Assembly: GCA_964035545.1 (NCBI GenBank)
Contig: OZ037767.1
Location: forward strand, 1,995,680-2,059,679
Source: Bugula neritina
Taxonomy: Eukaryota > Animalia > Bryozoa
DNA length: 64,000 nt
Direction of reading: 5' to 3'
Below the pieces are notes generated by a model. That model saw only the letters and a program-made list of their open reading frames with translations. It did no database searches and had not been told where the DNA came from. The position numbers were made by a program, and so were the translations under genes. Shown here piece by piece: positions 24,106-38,100 of this stretch (positions are counted from its first letter, which is position 1; every line of letters starts with the position of its first letter).

Positions 24106-27100
24106 GCGCACATGTACGTATTGTATGAAACTATTGTATTATATAGACACAAAGCAAGCACCTGATATAGTTGTCATGAAATGTCACTCAAGTCAAAACA
24201 ATGGACAAGACACTTGAACATTCTTAAAGTGATAATTAACTTTTCAAGAATATTTTAATCTTAAAAACCACAATTCAATTTTGGTGCAATGAAACCTCTG
24301 CAGTATTGAGATATAATGATTATTCTGATACTAGCAAATGAAATTCGTCGATCATGAGTATTTTTTAAACTTCATATAATGTTTTGTAAAATTTGAGTTT
24401 GTACCTATAGCTGGAAGAACCTAGGAGTTTTATAATTGGTTGTGAATTTAATGTCATGTATTGCTTAATCAGTTACCCATAGAATTTTACTTAATGTAAA
24501 TAATAATGAAGTGTCTTTGAACCTTTTATTAAAACAAATCTTTTTAAAAATCAAACAATGCTTACAGTTAGTTTTTTTAACTTTATACAAAATCATCGAA
24601 GCGATACACCAAACTTTATGCAATCTCTTGAGCTGCTTCTGTTTCAAAATTGGCACACCAAACTAAAATGTACTCAGGGTTGTTGTTCAGCTTCTTTTAT
24701 TTCAGACTAAAATACTTTTAAATGCTAAAGCTTTTAAAGATTGCTTTTGAATGACTAATGGGGCTGCAACAATAACATTCCACATGTTAAAGGGTATTGT
24801 GCAACTTGACGTGGTGCTAGTTTCTACCATATATTTAGATCTTTAGAACATAAATTATACTAAAATATGCAGCAAAAGGCCAATGTCTGTTGTTTAAATG
24901 TATTCTATCAACCTTCTGACTAATGTAATTGTATCAATTGAAATTAAGTATCATTAGCTTCAGCATGAAAATAACTTTATTCTATAATATTAGAGTTGAT
25001 ACGTAAAAACATAGTAAAAGCTGTATAAACCTGGCAAAACAATTATTCATTCAATTATTGAATCAAAACAGAAGGTGTAAAATATGTCATTAAAGCTGCA
25101 TGGTTAAAGACATCAAATGCTAAGTTTTTACTAATACTATAATTTATCTTTAGGGATTGTAAATCAACAATTAACGACATTTTTGTGTATTTTAGAAAGC
25201 ATGTAGAAAGTTTATTTTTTGCCTATAACTGGTAGCCAAAAGTGACAGCAATAAAACTTTTTACAAAATGTTGCATATGGATAGGAATTGAGTAAAAAAA
25301 CTGCTGAATGTAAAGAATATTTTTTATAATAGACTGCCAATTTAGAAAAAAGAATTAGTTTAGTATAATTTTATGCCAAGCATTCTTAGTGGTTTTTATA
25401 AGTAGCTACAAGTGGCCATCAAGTGTTTCATATCGGTGGGTAGATTTATCAGTACTGTTCAGACTGTATTGTATTGAAAGGCTATTAAACCTAGTACGGC
25501 TACAAAAGCTATTAGCAATACTTGAATGTTTACCTTTAGGCAAAAGGTCCATTCTTAAAGCGAATCTTCATTATATAGCTATGAGTCTAATACACAGGTG
25601 TTCAGATTATGTATGGGAAAATTCAAAAGCAGTTTAAAAAAGTGACACTCAAAATAGAAATAGAAGATCTTTGCCTAGATTTAACTGTTACCAGTTCCCA
25701 CGGAAATGTGAAGCAAATTTCAAAATTATATCAATTATATATTAATTTAGTTATTCAATTCAATATTTGTCTAATTATATGTTTTACTTATAAAACTCAT
25801 GCATACCTAAAAAGAATAATTGAAATTGTATTTACAGATATAATGTGTGTGGGCTTCTAAAACTTTTTTTTCTGCAGTCACTTCTAAATTATTTATATCT
25901 TTGTCAGGTAATAAGAATAATGCAAATTTTGTTTAATGCTGATAAATTGTGTAATACAGCCTTATTTTATAACTTCAAAGTTCTTTTATTGTAGCTAACT
26001 GGAGATCATAAAGTTATAGCAAGGCAGCTTTTATATAATTACAAAAATATTATACAAAGAAATTAAATTGTCTCTAAATGTTATACACATTTTGTGTAAA
26101 GTATAGTATAGCGACTGTTCTATATTTTTGTTAGGGGGCTACAAGTGGTGTAAAACTTGTTGAAGACAAAGTAAAGAACCCTCAAAGAACCATGGCTAGT
26201 GTTTATGGTAACAAATACAAAAACATAGCCAGAGGTCTTATCTTTAGGGTATGCAAAGATATAAGTGTTTTTCTTCAATTAGATAATTGATATAAGAGTT
26301 TCGCAGCCCTAAGCTACATTCTTAAGTAGCTCCACTTTTTCTTATACTCTGTTTTATCAGCATATTTCAACTTTCAACATTTTGAATGTCCAATGTTACT
26401 AAATACTTCCCGTTATACTTTTTTTAACTATTTAAAACATAAACATATAAATTACCAAATATATATTTTAATATAAGTAGCTTATGTGAAAACATCAATT
26501 AATCTTTTATAATAGTGCATAGCATTATAAATAAAACTTTACTTTTTTCATTCTTAATTTTCTAGTACGTAATTAATTTGTTTAGTGTAAAATTAGTAAA
26601 AGTATAAAGGATCTGCATGCTAAAGTACAATACATTTTTTAGTTAGATTTTTACCTGTTACACTTGTAGTTAGCTGCAAAAATGTTGGTATATAATTAAA
26701 TGAGTGCACAATTAATATGTAAAATTCATATTATTATGATAATATTATTATGTTATAATGTTATGGGTGCATATTGTGCAGATGTCCTTTCTAGAGGACA
26801 CAACTCTCTACTTGAAAGACAGAATATTTCAACTGCACCAAAAAATTTAGCTTGACCTGTTTATGTTATTATGATAAAGGTTTATCTACTATCTACTTAT
26901 ACAGTCAAATATGCACATACATATAGCCCACATAAATACAGGCTTACACACATGCGTATAACCCACATACATATATGTTATGGTATCTATTAATTATTGC
27001 TTAAATATATGCTTACTTGCTATAGTACTGAATAATATTGTGAATATTCAGTTTGGAGTTTAGGTGTTTGGCGTAAAAAGCTTCAGCTAATTTTTATTAG

Positions 27101-27737
27101 TGAATTTTCTTAAAAACTGATATGAAAAAGTTAAATTGTTTAAAGATTTGCTTCCATGATTAGTTGTTGAGATATGTTGGTAGATTTTTAAATTTACATA
27201 ACGTCTTTTCAGTTTTCTTTACTTCTATGGGAAAGGCATGCCTGTTTCACTGTGGCCTATCCTATTGTTATTGCTGTAACCTTTGAAGCTGCTTCATTTA
27301 CCATAATATTATAATTTCTTCTTCTCATAACTACAATAGAGTAATTTTAATATAATAATATACCTACTTTACCAATAAAGCATATATCAAATAACATCAC
27401 TTTGTAAATTTGAGGACAGCATGCCGTCAGCAACTAGAATGCTGCATAAATAATGAATAAATGAAACTTATATAACATAATCATGCATTGCGTGTTTACT
27501 AATAAACTGCTCTCCTACATCAAAATAATACATGTCCATAATTACATAATAATGTACGAAAATAAAAATATTGTTTAAAGGGAGTTGTCCACTCTTTATG
27601 TGTTGAAGTTTGATTCTTGACCGAGCTCAAAATCCTAAAAGCACAATTAAAAACTACGGGTGTAGAGTATTACTCTTTCAATAGCTGATAGCCTTTCAAG
27701 AATTCCCCACTAGCTAAATCTATTACTTTTATTTGGC

Positions 27738-30700
27738 ATGGAACTTGAATGTGGTTTATCCCCGACTTTCCTTTTATACAATAAATTACTTATAAAACAC
27801 ATACATTCACTTCAAATCCACAGCAATGGTACATCGTAATATTAATGTATTATTTTTACATATTAGTATTTTTATCACAAAAACATATTTTTCAATTTTA
27901 GGTTTAGGTTTAGCCATTAGAACTATCACTATCAGTATCAGCTTCAGTATGGATATGAGTATTATTAGTTCATTATGATTATCATTATCAATATGAATAT
28001 GTATCATTATGATGATGATGATGTCGATGATACTCATAATTATCATTATGATAAAGTGATTATGATTATAGTGATACTCATACTGATAGTATTGCGATTA
28101 GTATTACTATTACTATTACTATTAGTATGACTATGAGTATCACTGTGATACTGACAGTCATGGTGATACTGATACTTACAATCATACTGATACCCATAGT
28201 GATAGTCATAATAATAGTGATAGCCATACTCATAGTCAATGTCATACGTAGTGTATCTTACTCATAGTCATACTGATACTCATACCTTGACCTACGCCTG
28301 CTGATACCTGCCCATACTCATATTTTTCATTCTAAATGTGGAAGTTGCATCAATTTTTAAATAGAGATGATTTGTTTCTATTATTTGTGCAGTTGAGAAA
28401 AGGTTATGCTAGCAGGCAGTAAATCAATGACTAGAACTATCAAAGTTAGTTATGACTAGAGTGTACCAGGAAGTTTATCTGTTTCTTGTAAAGGTGTGTG
28501 TTACGTCCTACCATCTACTGACAAGCTGATTCACAAGGTTGAGGTGGTAGCTTTGGTACGCAAGGTGTACAGAAACGCTGAGAGAGGCTTCTTAATTGTT
28601 ACTGGTAGGTGGGGTTATCAGGGTCCTGCCATTTATCCTGTAAATATGAGTAAATCACACCAAAAATTATGTTATACATTATTTCTTAACAGAATTTTCT
28701 TTTGCTTATATGGTTTTGTGATAATAATTTGGCTACTGTAAAAATAGTCCACCTGCCAAAACTGGTCGTATACTTGCATATGTTCCATAAGCTAAATTGT
28801 GACTATTTTATAGCATGTTTAGGTTTTGATAAAATGTTGATCATAAAGTTGTGTACTGCTGTTCTATATAAACACCTTTAGAAACTAAAAGTTTGATGTT
28901 TTATATGTAGGTGTATACAATATGTAGGTATATTCAATATGCAGGTATATTTAATGTGTAGCTATATACAATATGTAGGTATATACAATATGTAGGTATA
29001 TACAATATGTAGGTATATTTAATGTGTAGGTATATACAATATGTAGGTATACTCAATATTTAGGTATATACAATATGTAGGTATATGCAATACGTAGATA
29101 TATACAATAAGCAGGTATATACAATAATATGTATTCACCTGGAGTCCACAATAAAGTGTAAATATTCAGGTATTTTAGGGATAGACTTGAGCTTGCCACA
29201 CAGCTTATCCATTTGAAGCCATTCTTCCCATTTTAGAGTTAACTTTCCCATACAGTGTTTATTATGGTGGTATTGTAGTTGTTTGAAGTTGTCTTTCCCA
29301 TGTAGGACTAGTGTATAGTAGTATATAAGTTCTACGCCTCATAAATATGGAATGTTGCTTATAATCTCGATGCTTTTGCCGTTTCAGTTGACGATGGCTC
29401 TGCCTGCATACAGTGTTTGATAAGCAATCATTTGGTGCAAGATAATGCGGCACCGCTCCCTCAAGATGGTAATTATTCCTTTTCACCTTCAGCAATACTA
29501 TACACCATTATGTTGAGGCATTGTTAGGCAATTACTTTTCAATTGTTGCATTTTTTGAGTTATAATTAATTACAGAAAAGCAATATAAATAATTAAGTTA
29601 TAAGGAATGGGTTTTCACATATTTTCATTGTATGAGAAACTTATTTCCACTTATAAGCTTTTATATTTTTTACTTAATTGTGTCAAGATTGTTCATAATA
29701 TTTATTTTCTAATTCTAATTGTTGCAGTATCTGTCTTAAAATCGCCATATTGTTTCTTAGTGCCCTTCACCACTCAGATTGCTATACAATAGCTTATGAT
29801 GATATATAGTTGAAGGTTTGGGGAGTGCACTGACCACCCTATCCCTTGCCCTGACTCAGCCCTCCATTAGAATTGGTCACATGATCAGATTGAGAGGCAT
29901 CGTCTCGGGGACTCCAGATCACCGGCAGCTGAAGAGACTGAAAGTTCTCGAGTTTGGTGAGTTTCACCTTGACCTTTGACCTCAGGAAGCTGACCGTCTT
30001 ATTGGTGCTTCTAGTTCATCACAGCGATATCAAAATCTTGTCAAATTCAGACAGTTGAAATGTTCAATAAATGAAAAAGTGTTAATCCCGACTTTATTGT
30101 ATGTTCAGATTGTATTGTGGGAACTGTTTTTTCCTGTTCATGTAATACTAAATAAGCTTTCAGAGATGCAACTGTGAGCAGTTTTTGCTTGAAGAGTAGA
30201 TAAATCTTGTGAGCTGAAAGAAAACATTGTCTTTACTACTACTACTTAACCAAGTAACAAATCTGTCTGTAATAACTACATACATGTTACACTATTCTCA
30301 TAATCTTATAAAAGTTGTATTCCTTTAGTAAGCTAGGTGCTCTTGCTTGCTTGCTGTAAAGTTGCTGATGTCAATTCAGTATCTCTAATCCTTTTCGTAT
30401 CTCTTTTCCAGTTAATTAGTTTTATATCATATTTTCTAGATATCATGTTTACAGTCGTAGACATATTATATAGATCTATATTTCTTACAATGTCTGAAGG
30501 ATTACTCTTTCAGGTGTAGAGCAAAGTTGTGATGCTTTTGCTGATTGGATAATTGAAGTCAGCAATGTGTGGAATAATATTTTCTCCGGCAGCGACACTG
30601 ATCTTCTTACAGGTGCCCGGGTTAGCGGACAAAAGGTAATCTGTTTTCTGAAACTGGTTGATATACGTTAGGTGGTATACTTGTGCCGTTATTGGGAGTT

Positions 30701-31668
30701 GTGTTCTCTCTTAGATGCAGACATTTATTAGTTGCATCAGAAAAAATATAAAGGCTTTATTCTGTAAGAATTGAAGATCCCAGTCTGCTAATGAATAGCT
30801 ATATAGATATTTAGTTTGTCTAGAAATACATTGTTAATTTTGTTTTCACCTCAACTTCTATAATTTTGTTATAATACGGAGTTGTGAGCCCCTGTGTTGA
30901 AACCTTGTATGTATATTATATGTGTACTTGTCAGTCCGCTTGTCACCTGACTGTAGGAGCAGTTGATTTAGTAGATTGTTGATTATCTGTTGCATAGCTT
31001 GTCACAGTTTTCGTCTGCACTTTAATTTTTTTACTCCAAGGATTACTTACCTTTATTTGCTCAAGTATTACTTAATTTACCCTAACTTAGTATTTCAGTG
31101 TTTCAACTAGATTTTCAAAAGTTTTCAGGTTGGACACAAAAAATGTTTTTTTTTCCGAGAAGTTTACTAGACAGCAAGCTTGGTCATAGCTGAATACATA
31201 AAGTTATGACGTAATGTTTGCCTATTTCAGACTCTGGAAGAGCACCACAAGTTATGGACTGCTGTTGAACCTCGTGTGATGAAACTGTCTAGCAGAGAAT
31301 TGGACTTGGCTATGTTCCAAGGTATTGTCTCCCGGGAAGCCAAGCTTTTTCTGCATGATGACACGTTTGTTAAGGATAAGTGGGACAGTTTCCTGTCGTA
31401 TCTTATAGACTTAGGTCCTATTTTCAAGGACAATTCCGGTAGGGTGCTAGTAGCCACGACCCTCCCTAAACTGATTAGTATAGTAATAGAATGTGTCAAG
31501 GAAAGTGGAGAGCTGAAGAGTATAACGCAGAGTGTATGTAGCAAGTATAAATCAGGGGTTACCAGGGCCGTAGTTAAATATGTGTTGGGGTACTTGGAAC
31601 AGGAGAGTGTTATTTACTCAGATGTAGATGAAAATAATTGTCAAATTTATAAATATGTTTCCGGTTAG
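27738..31668 (+). CDS. STN1: CST complex subunit STN1 (OBFC1)-like, five exons, ~302 aa
   Basis: Exons 27738-27828, 28494-28604, 29810-29956, 30514-30635 and 31231-31668 are phase-compatible (909 nt). Matches to recalled human STN1: CGLSPTFLLYNKLLIKHI ~ WGLDPVFLAFAKLYIRDI; LIHKVEVVALV ~ PIKQVDVLGTV; IGHMIRLRGIV ~ IGDTIRVRGSI; C-terminal AVVKYVLGYLEQESVIYS ~ AVLQQVLELLEDQSDIVS. Confidence 0.8.
27920..28285. repeat. Degenerate tri/hexanucleotide low-complexity tract in STN1 intron 1
   Basis: Runs of GAT/TAT/ACT/CAT triplets (e.g. GATACT, AGTCAT). Confidence 0.6.
28903..29125 (+). repeat. 17-bp minisatellite in STN1 intron 2
   Basis: About 13 copies of ATATGTAGGTATATACA. Confidence 0.9.
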
Positions 31669-32110
31669 TTTAGCTAATATATTTATAAATTAATTTTATT
31701 TTTGAAGAGAATTTTATTTTTTTAATGTAGAGTAAAAATTTATTTGCTATGACTCATCAATTTTGGCCTCTATTTTTAAATTATTTTGTTGTGTTATAAA
31801 TACTTGTAATATAATTGTATATTTAAAACACAATTCTATTATGCTGGCTCATAAAAGTAGAGATGACAACTCTAAATAAATGCACATAATTATAATATAA
31901 TATCTTTGGTTTAAAGGTTTAGTTTACACACATGTGGCATAACCTTGCCTAGTAATTGCTTAAGTTTAAAAATAAATGTGTGTAATTTTAAATAGAGTTC
32001 TAGGTTTTAAGGTTAAGTGCATTAATAGATAAATTCAATCATTTTATGAAGTTTCCCATATGCTCTCGGGAGTAAATATGAGAAAGGAGACAACTTTGAA
32101 CTTAGTCGAA

Positions 32111-35100
32111 TTACCCAAGAGATGATAAATTTTGCCGTCTTTCGAGTACAGAAATTATTTTCTTAATCTTTGTTATTTTGTCGGAGAGTTTATGACTAGA
32201 CTTTTGTCCACTTCTGCATTGCCTGAGTGCCTTATGGGCGACCTCTAGCCCTTGATCCCACTGCTGGAGGTGGGAGCAGCACGTGGCCACCCCTATACAT
32301 ACGTCTATTCTCTTGTCTGAGTTGTCAATTTCACTGAGCAGGATATTCCAGTAGTAGAGGGCCTCAGAATAGTTGCCTCTTTTCATTTGAGCCTGGGCTA
32401 GAACAGCGTGGATGGAATGGTACCTGTAGAGATCAGTAGTTAGCATGAGTTCTAAAGTAGCCACAAATCCTTCTAGTACTATACGGTGTAGCCACCAACC
32501 ACAAAAATTAAATTTTGTTGAACTAAAGTCAGTGCCATGTATTTAGTTTTTAAATTAATAAACAAGTTTCTCCCAGTAAAAGAATTGTTTAAATAGAGTT
32601 ATGTTATAGGAAAATCTTACACATTTTTCTGCGTTTTAAACTATTTTTTAAATATAATTTAATTATTTAAGCAGATTTAAATATAAAATTTTGATCTCTA
32701 TCACTACTGTCTACAAACCTATCTGGAGTTATCTCTCCTGATTCCAGAAGTTCATCGCACACGTCTGTCAAATCCCACGGGAAGGGCTCACCTACGAAGG
32801 TCACGTCTGTTTTGCTTTCAAAATACTTGTAAAGATATTTGCAAGCTTCTTCAAACTTGCCGCTGTGTAGAGCTGCCAGGGATGCTGCCAACTCATTCTC
32901 TGCTGGATTCACCTCTGAAAATACGTCAAAATTTTGAAGCAGATCAAAAATAGAGCTCTTCCTTTAAGTTTATTTATGTATAATTAAGTATAATTTAAAG
33001 CTATGTTTTTGAGTTATAATTTTTTTAAATCAAATTTTAGTGTTTAAATTAATTTATTTTTAAAATAGATTTTTGCAATAATTTTATTACTGTTTAAATT
33101 ATTGTTTTGGTGTGAATAAAAAATTTAAATAAAAAAGAATTTTCTTACCTAAATTGTACAAAAGCTTTTTCAGTGTGGTCACAGTTCCTGTCGACTGCAT
33201 GATCGATTTCATCATATCCAATAACGGTAAGACCAGCTGTAGAGTCTTTAGGTATGCTAACTGAGTTGTCTTCTGGTCTAATCGAGGTGGCTGATGTCTG
33301 GTAGCCAAGTATTTCAGGCTCTTATTAGCATCAGCCTTGAGGACTTGAGTGAGACTCAACAAGAGCATCAGGTTATGCGCCAAGTCATCACTTAGCAGAC
33401 TTCTGTGTTTACCTGCTAAATATGGCACTCGGTCTACAAGCCGGTTAAAGGATTTTGGAGTTGGTGGTTTCTCGGGAACTTTCGGTAAAGGTGGAAGAGT
33501 TGGTACTTTGGTCACTGCTTTCTTAATTATCATGACTCTGTTTGACGCATTTTTCGGTTGAACTCTCGGATCAATGAGCAGAGGAATAGTAAATTTCTTT
33601 TCAGTGTTTTTGACAACTTCCATCTTTTGTAATCGAGGGCTTTGTTTATAATAGTACGAGTTGGAACTTTTGTTAGTGGTTTCTAAGAACACTGGTGAGT
33701 GTATCTTTGGTCTCCATGTCGTACCTTCTAGCTCTTTCCCATACTTTCTTGTGTTGTGCTTTATAGACTGGCCTCCAACGCTTCCAACACTTGCTGACGC
33801 GCCTTGACTGCTTTGAAGTTGCTTCTGTTTCAGTTGCTTGCGTGCCTCTGCATTTTCTTCACCCTTTCCACTGTAGTTGAGCATACTTGTTGAGTTATGG
33901 TCACGGGAAATTTGAGTTTCAGTTGTTATTAATCTTGGAGAGTGGATTTCCTCTAAATTCTCTTTGAACTTTGATTTCAACTTATCATTTACAGTAAATG
34001 TTGTGATACCCACGAAGGAGCTCATTGGCAAGAACGAGGAGGTTGCCATCTCTTCTAGTCTGAGTGGTAAGCTCTCAGAGGACAGATGTTTTTCCAGGCT
34101 AAACAGAAGCATTACCATAGCTTCAGGAAAGTCCAACAATTGCTGGTTAAAAGCTTCTTCACCAAGTTCTAGCAGTTCTGTGTTATAGATAAGTTCTGTT
34201 TTTCTAATGAGATTCTCCAACTGAGAAAAAACTGTCTTTTTATATTCTACTTCAGCCTGTTCTCTTTGCATGACCATCTGCCGTATGACAGCCAGCTCTC
34301 TGAAGAGTCTGCTGTCTCCAGCAATGTATTGGGCTGTCTCGCAGATGTTATATACTTCTGCTCGATCTCTAGATCGGTCGCTGACGGCAGCAGCTGTCAC
34401 ATCTTCTTTTGAACGGAATCCATCAATTAAAACTAACTTGTTGCTTTTACTTCCCACCACATCTACAAAGTCACAGAGACCAAACGCAGAGGTTGTGTTC
34501 ACCTGTGACTCAAGCCAATTGAGTGAACGAATTTGCAAGTTCAACAGACCAACTTCGCCTATATCAATGACTTTCATGGAAAATACCGTCAAAACATTTT
34601 TGAAGTATAAATCAATAGTGGGTGATGACTTTTCTATGAAAAGAAAGCAAGACCATGACTCATACGGAGAGTTGGACTGTCCAAGTTTGAAAGTTTTGAC
34701 TAGTACAGATTTACACGGTGATCGTCCAATCAGTTCTAGACTCTCCTGGAATAGCTGTTTGAATATCAGTCTCATTCTCTCAAACACTTCTGCATTCATA
34801 GCGGTTACGGCAGCTATTATCCTATCTTCTCCTGTGTCTGAAAAATCTTGAAGGCTTCTATTGTTCTCATGCTGTTGCTGAGCTGATAGTTCTTCAATGG
34901 AGCTTTTCACAAGTTGAAAATCAGCAAAATACACATCTCTAGCCTCTTGCAAATCTGGAAGCAGAAATAAAGCAAACTCACTCAACAGCTAAATTATGCA
35001 CAATAAAAGCTAATTTAAATCATTTGGTAGAAAAATCTTTTTGATCAATAAAAAAGAGTTAACGAACCTAAGTCAACATGACTTGGCAATATATACCTAC

Positions 35101-38100
35101 TTTTATTATTGTGACTTTATAGCTTATGAGTGGTTTGTGAAGCTGACAGTGTTAAATCATTGTATGATAATATATAATGCTATAATATAGTATAGTATGC
35201 TATAATACAGTATAGTATGATGCAGTACAACGCAATATGCTATATTATGATATACAATGCTATAATATGGTATAGAATGCTATAATATGGTATAGAATGC
35301 TATAATATGGTATAGAATGCTATAATATAGTATAACATGCTATAATATAGTATACTACATAGCATGCTATAATATGATATAGAATACTATAATATGGTAT
35401 AGAATACTATAATATGGTATAGAATACTATAATATGGTATAGAATACTATAATATGGTATAGAATACTATAATATGGAATAGCATGCTATAATATAGTAT
35501 AACATGCTATAATATAATATACTACATAGCATGCTATAATATGGTATAGAATGCTATAATATGGTATAGAATACTATAATATGGTATAGAATGCTATAAT
35601 ATAGTATAACATGCTATAATATAATATACTACATAGCATGCTATAATATGGCATAGAATACTATAATATGGGATAGAATACTATAATATGGTATAGTATG
35701 AAGTCAGCAATGTTACCGGCAATCAAAGGAGCTGTACTCTGCCAATCTTCTTCAAACTCTGACAATTCTCTGTATCTCAGTTTCAGAAGTCGTTTCAGCA
35801 AAGTGTATTCATACTCTATCAACTTATCTTCTAGACTGGTTACCCACTCCGTTTCCTCAGCTTGTCTTAATTTACTCTAAAAAACTCAAGCTATTATAGA
35901 AAATCTAATAAAATATGTTTGTAAACTAACTTTAGTTTTATTAAACTCATAAAAGGTGAAGCATTAACCAAAGTCTGTATATGCATAGAGATTCGTTCTT
36001 AGTTTTCTTTTACTCTAAATTAATGACAGATGTACAAAACTTAGGTGCATAAAAACTGATGTGAACATACAGATGCAATGAAAATATCACATATGAAAAT
36101 TTTTGAAGGCAGAGACAACCTGTTATACAAAGGGTGCTTGCATTTCAAAATTGAATAAACTAAACCAAAACATCTTTTCACATTTTACTTAAATCTACAT
36201 AATGTATATAGTACACAACAAGCATGTTGAATGATGATTTGAGTAGATTACTAACAGTTTTAAAGGAGCAATCAAAACAGGATATAGAACTCTCGTTAGT
36301 TGTGTGCAGACGTATCTTATTTCATCAAGACATACTTGAGCTCTCTCTCAACTATTGTGAAGCTTGTCACCTTTTACTAATCATTATGATAAAAGACTAT
36401 ATTAGATTTTTAAACTAAAATTTTTATATCTGAAACCAACAATTGAAAATTTTAATTTGATCAACACCTTTTTGTGCTATTACTTGAACAAACTGCTGCT
36501 GTTTCCTTTGTTGAGCTAGAGGCTGATGCCATCTTTGTAATGTTAATTATTGTGATTAAATAAGTAGAGCTGTAATTCACAGAACCATTATATTTTATGT
36601 ATATTGAGGAAGAGAAAAAAGAAAAGAATTGTGGGTAATATAATAATATAAAAGACTAATTACAATATATTGTGAGTTATCCACACTTGCTATTTAGACA
36701 TAAGAGAAAAGATAATTACTAACATGAGTGTTTTAATAGCATTGGTAATATTATGTGAATATTATATGCATTGTCATTAGAGCGGAAGATTGCATTCTAT
36801 CAACACGCCCCCTCAATCTGTAGCTGGGTAACGGCGTTTCGATGCAAGATTGCTCCTAATGGTTTGGTTAGGATGTCAGCTTTATTTTCATCAGTGCGGA
36901 TGTAGTCATACACAATAGCTGATTGCTGTCTAATGAAGTGGTAGCGAATGTCAATGTGTTTAGTGCGACTATGTTGTCCTGGTCTGTCATCAGTAAGTGA
37001 AATGGCTCCTTGGTTATCACAGTGCAGTGTGGTGACATCTGGTTGAAGCATATTTATAGAGTTGCAGAATGTGCGAAGGTATAGCAACTCCTTGGTAGCA
37101 TCTGCTAAAGCCATGTACTCTGCCTCACAAGATGACAGAGCAACTGTCGGTTGCTTCTTGGTTTTCCAGCAAATTGGTGCTCCTCCTAGAGTGACTACGT
37201 AGCCAGTTGTAGAGCGTCGGTCTTCCACGTCACCTGCCCAGTCAGAGTCTGCATATCCTACTAGTTTCCCATCTGTTGGGGTGTAGGTAATCGTGTATTG
37301 CTTTGTTCCTTGAATGTAGCGTAGCAGCCTTTTCACAGCAGCTACATGTGTTGGGCTTGGTCTATCAAGGTATTGTGATAGCTTAGAAACTATCCAGCTA
37401 ATGTCGGGTCGTGTTCCGGTCATCAAGTATATCAGGCTTCCAATAGCTTGGCGATATGGGAACTGTTGTTTGATAAATTCGTTGTGTTCTTCATCTGTTG
37501 CTTTTTTCAATACAAGTCCTTTTTCTGCGGGAGTAGCAACTGGCTTGCATTTGTTCATTTTAAATCTGTTGAGGATTGACTCAGCGTAGCGTTCTTGGCT
37601 GATCTGGAGATTTCCATTTTTAAGTCTTTTGAAGTCAATTCCTAGAAACCAGTTGATTTCCCCACGATCATCCATTTTGAATTTGTTGTTCAGCATTTCC
37701 TTTGTGGTGCCAATCAGTTCTAGGTTGTTGCAGGCTATTATAATGTCGTCTACCCAGAATAAGATGATTATCTGGTCACCATTTTCTGCATGGTAAGTGT
37801 AGACGCATTGATCACTTTGGTTCGGTGTGAATCCCTGTTCTTTGAGGAAGTCGGTTAGTGTGCTGTGCCAATTCCTGCCACTTTGCTTTAGTCCATAGAG
37901 GGACTTTTTGAGATGACAAGTGAGAGGAGTTCCATTGGAGTCTGTCTGTTCGTATCCTGGAGGTTGTTGAACATAGATGTCCTTGTCAATTGGTGCGTTT
38001 AGATAGGCGCCCTTGACATCCATTTGATGTAGGTGTAATCCCTCGTTGGCAGCTTGTTGTAACAGTGTACGGATACTGACAAATCGTGTAGTCGGTGAGA

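Noticed and set aside
27807-28046. Hydrophobic Ile-rich ORF
   Set aside because: Product of the intronic triplet low-complexity tract, antisense to STN1.
32111-32914. TPR gene near foxA as a TTC6 orthologue (TTC6 neighbours FOXA1 in vertebrates)
   Set aside because: Only a few TPR-like units are visible, the core resembles a DUF294-type domain, and STN1 intervenes; no TTC6-specific similarity was recognised.
33349-34851. Plus-strand ORFs overlapping the large exon (likewise the shadow ORFs over foxA, the transposase and the Copia pol)
   Set aside because: Antisense or alternate-frame shadows of real coding sequence, with no recognisable motifs.
35178-35697. CRISPR-like array (also the repeats at 28903-29125 and 5321-5438)
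   Set aside because: Head-to-tail units without unique spacers, eukaryotic intronic context, and no cas genes.
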